A stretch of 64,000 bases of DNA from a virus. Lineage: Duplodnaviria > Caudoviricetes. The notes beneath the pieces were generated by a model, which saw only the letters and a list, made by a program, of their open reading frames with translations, made no database searches and was not told the DNA's origin. Shown here one piece after another: positions 16,866-26,276 of this stretch. Position numbers and translations under genes: made by a program. The stretch covers positions 91-64,090 of IMG/VR virus record IMGVR_UViG_3300033463_000115; one strand, given 5' to 3'. Each line of letters begins with the position of its first letter. Position 1 is the stretch's first letter.

Positions 16866-19188
16866 CTGTCTGACTATTGATGATACGAGTCTGGAACATT
16901 ACGGACGAGTTGGTATGAAGTGGGGTCAGCATATTTTTGCTAAAGATCCCGCTGCTGGAAGAAAGTATATTGATAAAAAGCGCAAAGCTCTCGCCGCTAA
17001 CGTTTCTCTTGCTAAAGATGCTGCTAGAAGAGGTAAAGCTAAACAACTTGCTAAACTTAATGCTAAAACCAAGAAGATGGCAGCCGACGTTAAACAGCTT
17101 GAAGAGATGTACGAAGAGGCTACTGGACAGAAGTACACACCTAGTAGACCAGGAGAAGCCGAAGAAGCTGAGAGAAAGACTAAAGAAACAAGTAAAGAAA
17201 CTATACTTAGAACTGGTTCTGCTAAAGACGTATTTGCCATTAAAGACCAGCTTACACAGTCTGAGATGCAGGATGCTATAAACAGAATACAGAAAGAAAC
17301 ACAACTTGCTAGATTAAGAGATGAACAGATAAACTCAAAGATAAATACTGCACAGAATTATGTCAAAACAGCAATTAGTCTTGGAGGCACTGCTGTTGAT
17401 GCGTTTAATACTTACGAGAAAGTAGCCAAGATGACTAATACCATTACTGGTGAAGATACTTTACCTATATTTACTGGTCGAAAAGAGAAAGAAAAGAAAG
17501 ATAAGGATAAGAAACGAGCTGATTATGTTGAATCGCTAATGAAGAAAGGTGATGCTAAAGAAATTTATGAGAATTTACACCTCTTCACTAATGATGAAGT
17601 TACAGCAGTTAATAAACGTCTTACCAATAAAGGTCTCATTAAAGATAAAGTTGATAAGATTGAAGCTGAAACGGCTCAGAAGCTTGCTGCCGAAGCTAAA
17701 GCTAAGAGTGAAAAGTTAATATCTGATTTCAAGAATAGTCTTGCTAAAGAAAAAGAATACAAGAACATATTCAGTGAATGGGATGACTGGACAGCAGAAA
17801 CGACTAAAGCTGAAGCAGACATTAAAGATATTGTTGAATCAACCCTTAAAGACTATGATAGAACAGTACGTGGTAGAGGCGCTACTACTAAGGAGACTTA
17901 TGGTTTGTCAGACTTAGTTACTGAAGACGTTGAGAAGAAGGCAAGTGACTGGATAGATAGTTTCTTAGATTACGAAAAGAAGAATAAAAAGAAGAAAACA
18001 AAGTCAACTTCTATAATGGAAGACTTATTTTCTCATAGTGATTTATTTGAAGATGAACTCTATCATTACGGACGAGTTGGTATGAAGTGGTATCAGCATA
18101 TTTTCACGGAAGGAAAGATTGCTGCTAACAAAGCACGAACATACGCAAGACAGAAGAAGAAAGATATTCAGACTAAGAAGTATAAAGAATACGACGCTTC
18201 TCTTTCTAAAGTCGGTAGTAATGTCCATGGTAAAACTCGCTACACTAACATAGACGGAAGTCTTAATGAGAGAGGTAAATTACATTCTCAAAAGTATATT
18301 AATAAAGAACAAGAAAAGAATCGTAAATACTACGACAAACAAATAGCCAAGTATAAGAAGCTACAGGAGCAGTATAAAGACGACCCTGAATTAAAGAAGA
18401 AATTCGACGATATGATTAAAGACGCTGAGAAATCAAGAGATGGCGTTAATACATCAATCGGTAAGTTCGGTATTCAGGAGATACTCACGAATGAAGCTAA
18501 GGCTAGAGATCAGGCTTTAAGAATAGCAGGTGTTATTGCATCTGGAGCAGCTCTCGGAACAGCAGGTGGTATTACAGCTAAGGTTGCTGGAGATACTATG
18601 ATTAAGACTGGATTAGCAACAGCAGAAGCTTTTAAGAATTTCGATATGAAGGCACCTATGGACTCTGTAATTAATATTGTTAACTCGACAGAAATTGGAC
18701 GTAAAGGAGAACAGGCGGCTGAGACTGCAATACGTTCATATTCGGATGCTAAAAGCTATGTAGCGGGTATCTATCTTGATCAGATGGCTAGACGATTAGA
18801 CGCTATGGGAGTACCACAGACCTTTGGTAATCTTGGAGCATCAGCTATCAATTCTGCTGTAACTGGAATAGATCAGAATGCTATCACTGGTCTTGGTAAC
18901 ACAACAACCAACGCTATCACACAGCTTATAAACAATTCAACGGCTACTGGTATATCAAACATGGGTAACCTTACAGCAGCAGCTATTAATAACGCTGGAG
19001 CATTGAATACTGCCTACGGTAAGATGGATTATAACCATAACAACTTACTACAGGCTGTTGGTAATCTATCACCTAACGATGAAATTAATATTATGATGAA
19101 TGATCCGAACTATTATAAGCTTATTAATAAGATGAGTAATGGCGGAAGAAACGCTCCAAATGCTCTTAATCCTAGAGTCATAGGTTAA
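16840..19188 (+). CDS. Large putative internal head (ejection) protein with two HYGRVGMKW motifs
   Basis: Likely ATG 16840 after GGTGAG; motif copies at 16897 and 18064; K/E-rich helical body, N/A-rich C-terminus. Confidence 0.75.
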   Translation: MNRWIASYDCLTIDDTSLEHYGRVGMKWGQHIFAKDPAAGRKYIDKKRKALAANVSLAKDAARRGKAKQLAKLNAKTKKMAADVKQLEEMYEEATGQKYTPSRPGEAEEAERKTKETSKETILRTGSAKDVFAIKDQLTQSEMQDAINRIQKETQLARLRDEQINSKINTAQNYVKTAISLGGTAVDAFNTYEKVAKMTNTITGEDTLPIFTGRKEKEKKDKDKKRADYVESLMKKGDAKEIYENLHLFTNDEVTAVNKRLTNKGLIKDKVDKIEAETAQKLAAEAKAKSEKLISDFKNSLAKEKEYKNIFSEWDDWTAETTKAEADIKDIVESTLKDYDRTVRGRGATTKETYGLSDLVTEDVEKKASDWIDSFLDYEKKNKKKKTKSTSIMEDLFSHSDLFEDELYHYGRVGMKWYQHIFTEGKIAANKARTYARQKKKDIQTKKYKEYDASLSKVGSNVHGKTRYTNIDGSLNERGKLHSQKYINKEQEKNRKYYDKQIAKYKKLQEQYKDDPELKKKFDDMIKDAEKSRDGVNTSIGKFGIQEILTNEAKARDQALRIAGVIASGAALGTAGGITAKVAGDTMIKTGLATAEAFKNFDMKAPMDSVINIVNSTEIGRKGEQAAETAIRSYSDAKSYVAGIYLDQMARRLDAMGVPQTFGNLGASAINSAVTGIDQNAITGLGNTTTNAITQLINNSTATGISNMGNLTAAAINNAGALNTAYGKMDYNHNNLLQAVGNLSPNDEINIMMNDPNYYKLINKMSNGGRNAPNALNPRVIG

Positions 19189-19211
19189 CTTCAAAATAAG
19201 AAGGTGAAATA

Positions 19212-20963
19212 GTGGCAAAACTGAGTAACACGGCAGTACCGAAGTATTACGGTCAATTTAGAGCAGCGGTCTTACGTGGTGAAATACCAGTCAGTGAGAC
19301 TATCTCTATGCAAATGAACCTAATAGACGACTTGATTGCTAATCCTGGTGTATATTATGACGAGGATGCTGTTGAGGGATTTATTAGGTTCTGTGAATCA
19401 GAGTTAACTCTTACAGATGGCTCTGACTTACATCTGCTCGATACATTTAAGTTATGGGCAGAAGACATATTTGGCTGGTATTACTTCGAGACTAGAAGTG
19501 TGCCAGTTCCCACTGAAGACGGACGTGGAATCAGATACGTTAACAAGCGTGTTAAATTCCGTCTCCGTAATAAACAATACCTGATAGTAGCCAGAGGTGC
19601 TGCTAAATCTATGTATGCTTCATGTTTACAAGCATATTTCTTAACAGTCAATACATCTACTACTACTCAAATAGCTACAGCTCCTACGATGAGACAAGCT
19701 GAAGAAGTTCTGTCTCCTATTCGTACAGCAATAGCAAGATCAAGAGGTCCTTTATTCCAGTTCTTAACAGAGGGATCTCTACAAAACACAACCGGCAACA
19801 GATTGAATCGTCAGAAGCTTGCATCTACTAAGAAAGGTGTTGAGGCGTTCTTAACAAACTCTCTTCTTGAAATCAGACCGATGTCTATTGACAAGTTACA
19901 GGGAGCAAGACCACTATTCACTGACATAGATGAGTGGCTTTCTGGAGATGTTAAGGAAGATGTTGTCGGAGCCGTTGAGCAAGGTGCCTCTAAACTTGAT
20001 AACTACTTAATCGTGGCTATTAGTTCTGAGGGTACTGTAAGAAACGGTACTGGTGATACTATCAAGATGGAACTTATGAAGATTCTTAAGGGTGAATACT
20101 ACAATCCTCATACTTCTGTCTGGTGGTATAAACTTGATGATGTTAAGGAAGTGGCAGATCCACGTATGTGGGTTAAAGCACAACCTAATATTGGAAAGAC
20201 AGTCTCTTTTGAAACTTATGAAAGAGACAAAGAGAGAGCTGAGCAGTCACCAGAGGCACGTAATGATATACTCGCTAAGAGATTTGGCTTACCGATGGAG
20301 GGTTACACATACTTCTTCACTTATGAAGAAACTTTACCTTCAAAATCGAAAGTAGATTTCTGGAGAATGCCATGTGCTGTTGGTGCTGACTTATCTCAGG
20401 GTAATGACTTCTGTGCGTTTGCTTTCTTCTTCCCTTTAGGTGGAGACAAATTTGGAGTGAAAGCACTTAGTTTCATTACTGATAGAACGCTCAGCAATCT
20501 ACATTTATCAATGAGAAGCAAGTACGAAGAGTTTATCAGTGAGGGAAGTCTTATAGTTCATAACGGAACAATTCTCGACATGATGGCCGTCTATGATGAT
20601 GTGGACAAACACATTAATGAAAGACAGTATGATGTAAGATCATTCGGTTACGACCCGTATAATGCCAGAACATTCGTTGAGAGATGGGAAGGCGAGAACG
20701 GTCCTTTTGGAATTGAGAAAGTTCCACAGGGTAGTAAGACTGAATCTGTTCCTCTTGGTGAGTTAAAGATACTTGCTGAAGATAGACGTCTGATATTTGA
20801 CCAAGAGATAATGAAATTCTGTATGGGAAATTGTATTGTCTTAGTCGATACAAACGGAAATCGTAAATTAATGAAGAAAGCCTATGATGCTAAGATTGAT
20901 AACGTAGCCGCTATGATGGATGCGTATATCGCTTACAAGGCTAATAAGGAGGCTTTTGAATGA
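19212..20963 (+). CDS. terL: Terminase large subunit
   Basis: ARGAAKS Walker A, DIDEW Walker B, GADLSQGNDF and KIDNVAAMMDA nuclease motifs. Confidence 0.92.
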   Translation: MAKLSNTAVPKYYGQFRAAVLRGEIPVSETISMQMNLIDDLIANPGVYYDEDAVEGFIRFCESELTLTDGSDLHLLDTFKLWAEDIFGWYYFETRSVPVPTEDGRGIRYVNKRVKFRLRNKQYLIVARGAAKSMYASCLQAYFLTVNTSTTTQIATAPTMRQAEEVLSPIRTAIARSRGPLFQFLTEGSLQNTTGNRLNRQKLASTKKGVEAFLTNSLLEIRPMSIDKLQGARPLFTDIDEWLSGDVKEDVVGAVEQGASKLDNYLIVAISSEGTVRNGTGDTIKMELMKILKGEYYNPHTSVWWYKLDDVKEVADPRMWVKAQPNIGKTVSFETYERDKERAEQSPEARNDILAKRFGLPMEGYTYFFTYEETLPSKSKVDFWRMPCAVGADLSQGNDFCAFAFFFPLGGDKFGVKALSFITDRTLSNLHLSMRSKYEEFISEGSLIVHNGTILDMMAVYDDVDKHINERQYDVRSFGYDPYNARTFVERWEGENGPFGIEKVPQGSKTESVPLGELKILAEDRRLIFDQEIMKFCMGNCIVLVDTNGNRKLMKKAYDAKIDNVAAMMDAYIAYKANKEAFE

Positions 20964-20973
20964 GGTGTTATAG

Positions 20974-21732
20974 ATGAATGAATTTTATATAGCTTCTTAT
21001 GATCTTTCTGGTGAAGACTACTTACAACATTATGGTAGAAAAGGTATGAAGTGGTATCAACATATCTTTGGTAAAGAACCAAACGGACGATACACTCCCA
21101 AAAAGCTAGCCAAGATGATTAAGAAATATGGAACACAGAAAGCCAGTCTTAAAGAAGCTCAGAGTGTTAGAAAAGAGTATATTAAGGCAAGTATTGAAAA
21201 CATACATAACAAAGACCATGAAATGGATGAAAAAGACAGAGAAGAATATCAGAACGCCATAAATAAAATAATAGACGAAGGCACGTGGAACATGGATCTT
21301 GTTATGAAAGTAGGAAAACTTAGGAAAAAAGAGTACGAACTTGCTAAGCAACGGAAAGAAGCAGAAAAAAAAGCTGATGAATATTGGATTGAGACTAATG
21401 ATTATGGGCAAGGAGAAAAAGAATTACCAGCCTCATATTACCGAATGAATGACGAAGGTAAAAAAGAATTTTGGCGTAATCGCAGCAAAGAGTTGGATAA
21501 ACTTATTAAAAAATCAGAAGACCTGACTAGTGAATATTACGATACTTTTACAAAAAGAATGGATGTTACAGCGAAATGGACCAATCAGGTCTTTGGTACC
21601 AACCCTACTCATTATTATGATCATAAAGAAATGATAGATACTGGTCCACAATCGTTCTACGACGAATATGAAAATTTATATAACGTAATAAAAACTGTTG
21701 CTGAAGAAAAAAAGAGAAAACAGTATAAATAG
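20974..21732 (+). CDS. Putative internal head protein (HYGRKGMKWYQHIFG leader)
   Basis: 252 aa, between terL and portal; shared leader motif. Confidence 0.7.
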   Translation: MNEFYIASYDLSGEDYLQHYGRKGMKWYQHIFGKEPNGRYTPKKLAKMIKKYGTQKASLKEAQSVRKEYIKASIENIHNKDHEMDEKDREEYQNAINKIIDEGTWNMDLVMKVGKLRKKEYELAKQRKEAEKKADEYWIETNDYGQGEKELPASYYRMNDEGKKEFWRNRSKELDKLIKKSEDLTSEYYDTFTKRMDVTAKWTNQVFGTNPTHYYDHKEMIDTGPQSFYDEYENLYNVIKTVAEEKKRKQYK

Positions 21733-21748
21733 GAGGCGAGAACTTTCT

Positions 21749-23014
21749 ATGTCAATAATAGACAGAGTTAAGGGTGCGTACAACGCCTTTAGGAAAAGAG
21801 ATCCGACAGAGTACGTTAACCCATCAACACTAGGTATGACCACAACTCATAGACCTGATAGAGTTCGTATGAGTTTTATGAATGAGCGCTCTCTTATTGC
21901 AGCTATCTACAATCGTATAGCTGTTGATAGTGCTCAGATAAAGATGGAAGTATGTAAGGTTGATGAGAACGGTAACTATGTCGAAACAATTAAAGATAGT
22001 GGACTTAACAATTGTCTAACTCTTGAAGCTAATAAAGACCAGAGTGCTAGACAGTTTAAACACGATCTTGTTATGAGCATGATAGACGAAGGTTGTATAG
22101 CCGCTTGTCCTATTGATACTGAAGACGAGATCTACAACAAAGAAGTTCATGATTACGATATTCTCACAATGAGAATAGGAAGAATTGTGCAGTGGCAACC
22201 AGACTACGTTATGGTTGAGCTGTATAACGACAGAACCGGACGGAAAGAGAATCTTAAGTTTAGGAAGGATCAGGTTGCTATACTTGAAAACCCTTTTTAT
22301 TCTGTAATGAATGAACCTAGCTCAACGCTCAAACGTCTTACACGTAAACTCAACATGCTTGACGTTGTTGATGAACAGACGAGTAGTGGTAAACTTGATA
22401 TTATTATTCAGTTACCATACGTTATAAAGTCTGACGCAAGAAGAGCTCAAGCAGAAAGAAGACGTAAAGATATTGAGGAACAGTTAGCAGGAAGTAAGTA
22501 TGGTATTGCTTATACAGATGGTACTGAACACATCACCCAGCTAAATAGACCTGCTGAAAACAATCTGATGAACCAAATAGAGTACTTAACCAATTTGTTA
22601 TTCTCTCAGCTTGGTATCACACAGGCTATTCTTGAGGGTACAGCAGATGAGCAGACCATGAACAACTACTATGAAAGAACAATCGAACCTATTCTTGCTG
22701 CTATTAGAGAAGAACTTACAAGAAAGTTTATCACTAAGACTGCTAGAACACAGGGTAAAGTTGTAAAGACGTTCAATGATCCATTCCGTTTCGTTCCAAC
22801 ATCTAAACTCCCAGACCTTGCTGATAAACTTCTCACTAACCAGATAATGACTCCGAATGAATTCAGAGCTGTTATGGGTTATAAACCTTCTGACCAGCCT
22901 AATGCCGATGAGTTACGTAATCCTCATCTGAACAAGACTGACGAAGAACTTGCCAACACTCAAAATGGGGAGTTAAAAGTAGAGGGAGAAGAATACTTAG
23001 AGGAGGATAACTAA
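21749..23014 (+). CDS. Portal protein (HK97-like)
   Basis: IYNRIAVD..; GKLDIIIQLP; QLGIT..IL.GTA.E; TPNEFR; position. Confidence 0.9.
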   Translation: MSIIDRVKGAYNAFRKRDPTEYVNPSTLGMTTTHRPDRVRMSFMNERSLIAAIYNRIAVDSAQIKMEVCKVDENGNYVETIKDSGLNNCLTLEANKDQSARQFKHDLVMSMIDEGCIAACPIDTEDEIYNKEVHDYDILTMRIGRIVQWQPDYVMVELYNDRTGRKENLKFRKDQVAILENPFYSVMNEPSSTLKRLTRKLNMLDVVDEQTSSGKLDIIIQLPYVIKSDARRAQAERRRKDIEEQLAGSKYGIAYTDGTEHITQLNRPAENNLMNQIEYLTNLLFSQLGITQAILEGTADEQTMNNYYERTIEPILAAIREELTRKFITKTARTQGKVVKTFNDPFRFVPTSKLPDLADKLLTNQIMTPNEFRAVMGYKPSDQPNADELRNPHLNKTDEELANTQNGELKVEGEEYLEEDN

Positions 23015-23634
23015 TGATGAGTGATTTCTATATAGCTTCTTTCTCTCTTAATTCTAACGACCTCTATCACAGCGGAAGAAAAGGTATGAAATGGTATCAG
23101 CATATATTTGGTAAAGAACCAAGTAGTAAACGTACCGCTAAACAGAGGCGTGCTAAGCAAAAAGTGGCCTTAAAACAAGCCAATAAAATAAATAAAACCT
23201 ATCTAAATGAGGATTGGAAGACTAGGAATTATCAAACATATCTAAAAGATATTGCTAATGTTATGAAAAATAATGTTAGTGATCCTAGACTAATAAAAGA
23301 GTTGGCAGATGCTACTAAGAAAAACGAAAAAGTTCTTGAGAAACACGAAAAAATAAATCAAAAGTTTTATGAATACGAGGGTAAAGACAATACAAAAGCT
23401 ATGAAATATGATAAGATGTATTCGGATATGTTCAAAGATGTATTTAAGGCTGGCAATGAACATAGTGAAAAAGTAAATGCCGTAATTAAGGATGTTTTCG
23501 GTACTTATTATAATACTAGTCTCACAAATGACATAAATCATAGTTATTACAAAAGCGGATTTGGTTATATATCTAGCTTAGATAGTGATATACTTAACAA
23601 AACGCTTAAGGAAATAGAAAAGGAGGATAACTAA
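23014..23634 (+). CDS. Putative internal head protein (HSGRKGMKWYQHIFG leader)
   Basis: 206 aa, between portal and protease/capsid; shared leader motif. Confidence 0.7.
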   Translation: MMSDFYIASFSLNSNDLYHSGRKGMKWYQHIFGKEPSSKRTAKQRRAKQKVALKQANKINKTYLNEDWKTRNYQTYLKDIANVMKNNVSDPRLIKELADATKKNEKVLEKHEKINQKFYEYEGKDNTKAMKYDKMYSDMFKDVFKAGNEHSEKVNAVIKDVFGTYYNTSLTNDINHSYYKSGFGYISSLDSDILNKTLKEIEKEDN

Positions 23635-25481
23635 TGAAATACGATTTCGACGGATGGGTAACCAAAAACGATATCCTCTGTACTGATGGTCGTATTATAC
23701 GTAGAGATGCTTTTAAGAACAACAACAAGACTAAAGTACCTCTCGTATACCAGCACGATCACGATGATGTGTCAAATGTTCTCGGTCATATGTATCTTGA
23801 GAACAGGCCAGAGGGCGTATATGGTTACGCCGTATTTAACAACACACAGAAAGGTCAGGATGCTAAAGAAATAGTTAGAAACGGAGACCTTGATTCTCTT
23901 TCTATCTATGCCAATAGACTCAAGCAGAATGGTAATGAAGTTCTGCATGGTTCTATTAAGGAAGTATCTCTTGTTATATCAGGTGCTAATGAAGGTGCTA
24001 AAATAATGAACACTTACATTCAGCATGATGATGGTAGCAAGGACGTCTTCAATGACGAAGCTATCATCCTACCTTATATTAAATTTAATAATCAGGAAGG
24101 AGATTTCGACATGAATGATGAAGTAATGCATGCTGACGAAACCACTGAGGAAATTACACATGCAGAAGAAGAGAAGAGTGGTAAGACGCTTAAAGACATA
24201 GTTGACTCCATGAATGAAGATCAGAAGAAAGCTATGTACTTCTTTATTTCACAGGCATTAGCTTCAAAATCAGAAGCAAGTCACTCAGATGATGAGGACG
24301 ATGATACACTTACACATTATGATGAGGAGGAAAATTATATGAAACACAATGCATTTGAAACAGACATCCTGAAGGCTGATGGTGAGACACTTTCTCACGC
24401 TGATTTTGTTAATCTCAAGAGGGACATCCTTGCTATGGTTGATCCTAACAACCGTAAGCGTAACGAGATAACATCTCTTAAGAACGCAATCCTTGAGCAT
24501 GCTGAACAGGATTACGGCATCCAGGATATCGGTCAGCTCTTCCCATACGCTGAGGGAGACGGTAAGGAGCTCAACACACCACCTTCATTCATCGACAGAG
24601 ACCAGACTTGGGTTGGTATATTCATGAATGGAACTAAGCACCAGCCATTCAGCCGTATCAAGACTTCATTCGCTGACATCACAGCAGATGAGGCTCGTGC
24701 TAAGGGATACACAAAGGGCAAGAAGAAGCTTGAGGAAATCTTCACTCTTGCTAAGCGTGCAGTAGGTCCTTGCACAATATACAAGAAGCAGAAGCTCGAT
24801 CGTGACGACATCGTCGACATCACAGATTTCGATGTAGTTGCATGGATCAAGGGTGAGATGCGTGGTAAGCTTGATGAGGAAATCGCTCGTGCTGCTCTCG
24901 TTGGTGATGGCAGAAGCGGTGCATCCGATGACAAGATCAAGGAAGATTGCATTATCCCAATCTGGAAGGATGACGAGGATCTGTTCGTTGTTCCTGCTAA
25001 GATTGAGCTCGCTAACGACGTAACATACGAGGAGAGAGCTGAGGCTATTGAGGAAGCTATCGTTCGTGCTCGTAAGGACTATCGTGGTTCTGGTAACCTC
25101 ACATTCTTCACAACAGAAGACACACTGACAGATATGCTTCTCCGCAAGGATGGTATCGGTCACAGAATGTATAAGTCTGTTGCTGAGGTTGCTACTGCTC
25201 TCCGTGTTAACAGAATTGTAACTGTTCCTGTAATGGAAAACCAGACAAGAACTATCGCTCTTGAAGGTGGCGGATCTGAGACAAGAACACTTCTTGGTAT
25301 CGCTGTTGACCTTAAGGACTACTCATTCGGTGCTGATAAGGGCGGAGCAGTTTCTATGTTCGATGACTTCGACATAGACTTCAACCAGTACAAGTACCTG
25401 ATTGAGACACGTTGCTCTGGTGCCCTCACAAAGGACAAGAGTGCTATCGTTGTTGAGTCTGTTCCTGCTACACAGGGTTAA
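23634..25481 (+). CDS. Prohead protease - acidic scaffold linker - major capsid protein fusion (HK97 fold)
   Basis: N-terminal VPLVYQHDH..LGH..LSI..EVSLV protease motifs; C-terminal capsid domain with YKKQKLDRDD and FDDFDIDFNQYKYLIETR. Confidence 0.88.
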   Translation: MKYDFDGWVTKNDILCTDGRIIRRDAFKNNNKTKVPLVYQHDHDDVSNVLGHMYLENRPEGVYGYAVFNNTQKGQDAKEIVRNGDLDSLSIYANRLKQNGNEVLHGSIKEVSLVISGANEGAKIMNTYIQHDDGSKDVFNDEAIILPYIKFNNQEGDFDMNDEVMHADETTEEITHAEEEKSGKTLKDIVDSMNEDQKKAMYFFISQALASKSEASHSDDEDDDTLTHYDEEENYMKHNAFETDILKADGETLSHADFVNLKRDILAMVDPNNRKRNEITSLKNAILEHAEQDYGIQDIGQLFPYAEGDGKELNTPPSFIDRDQTWVGIFMNGTKHQPFSRIKTSFADITADEARAKGYTKGKKKLEEIFTLAKRAVGPCTIYKKQKLDRDDIVDITDFDVVAWIKGEMRGKLDEEIARAALVGDGRSGASDDKIKEDCIIPIWKDDEDLFVVPAKIELANDVTYEERAEAIEEAIVRARKDYRGSGNLTFFTTEDTLTDMLLRKDGIGHRMYKSVAEVATALRVNRIVTVPVMENQTRTIALEGGGSETRTLLGIAVDLKDYSFGADKGGAVSMFDDFDIDFNQYKYLIETRCSGALTKDKSAIVVESVPATQG

Positions 25482-25505
25482 TAATTCAAAATAGGAAGTG
25501 ATTTA

Positions 25506-25838
25506 ATGCGTTTCTACGGCGCAATAGGGTTTGTGGAGACTGTAGATTCTGGTAACGGAATATGGACTGAACAAATTACCGAACGAAATTATTATGGAGA
25601 TGTTACGAGGGACACAAGATCTCTTGAGTCTTCATCGGAACTCAATGATAACTTCACAATAAGTAATCAATTTTCTATTGTTGCCGATGATTATTGCTAT
25701 AAACATTTCCAGTATATTCGCTATGTTGAGTATCTTGGTGTTAAGTGGAAAGTCACATCAGTTGACCCACTTAATCCACCAAGACTCATCATTAGTGTTA
25801 AAGGCGTCTATAACGCTCCAGAGGAGGCTGAGGAATAA
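25506..25838 (+). CDS. Head-tail stopper / head closure protein
   Basis: RFYGAIGF..W.E..ER.YYGD..IRYVEYLGVKWKV; position after capsid gene. Confidence 0.7.
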   Translation: MRFYGAIGFVETVDSGNGIWTEQITERNYYGDVTRDTRSLESSSELNDNFTISNQFSIVADDYCYKHFQYIRYVEYLGVKWKVTSVDPLNPPRLIISVKGVYNAPEEAEE

Positions 25839-26146
25839 TGGCAAGTAGAAGTGACTTAGACACTAAGCTTAAAGAGCTGTTAGGAAACGACCATGTATAT
25901 TTTCAGCCCCCAGAGAGCGTTAAAATACAGTACCCGTGCATAGTGTACAACTTAGACACGGGAGATACACAATATGCTGCTGATATGCCTTATACATTTG
26001 CGAGACGTTATAATCTCACATTTATCAGCAAAAATCCAGACAGCGAACTGATAGACAAAATCGCTATGTCGCTACCATCAATACGATTTGATAGGTATTT
26101 CCCATCAGACAATCTGAATCATTACGTATACAAATTGTATTGGTGA
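25838..26146 (+). CDS. Tail terminator / completion protein
   Basis: VYFQPP..IQYPCIVY; position before major tail gene. Confidence 0.65.
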   Translation: MASRSDLDTKLKELLGNDHVYFQPPESVKIQYPCIVYNLDTGDTQYAADMPYTFARRYNLTFISKNPDSELIDKIAMSLPSIRFDRYFPSDNLNHYVYKLYW

Positions 26147-26276
26147 GTAGTAAACCCTAAAGGGGCTCACAAAAACATGGACAGTAAGTTCTCTGCTAGA
26201 ATACATCATCGAGCCCCTTTTATCCTTTACATATCATCTAACATTTTTATAAAATCTTTTTAAGGAGGATAATACT

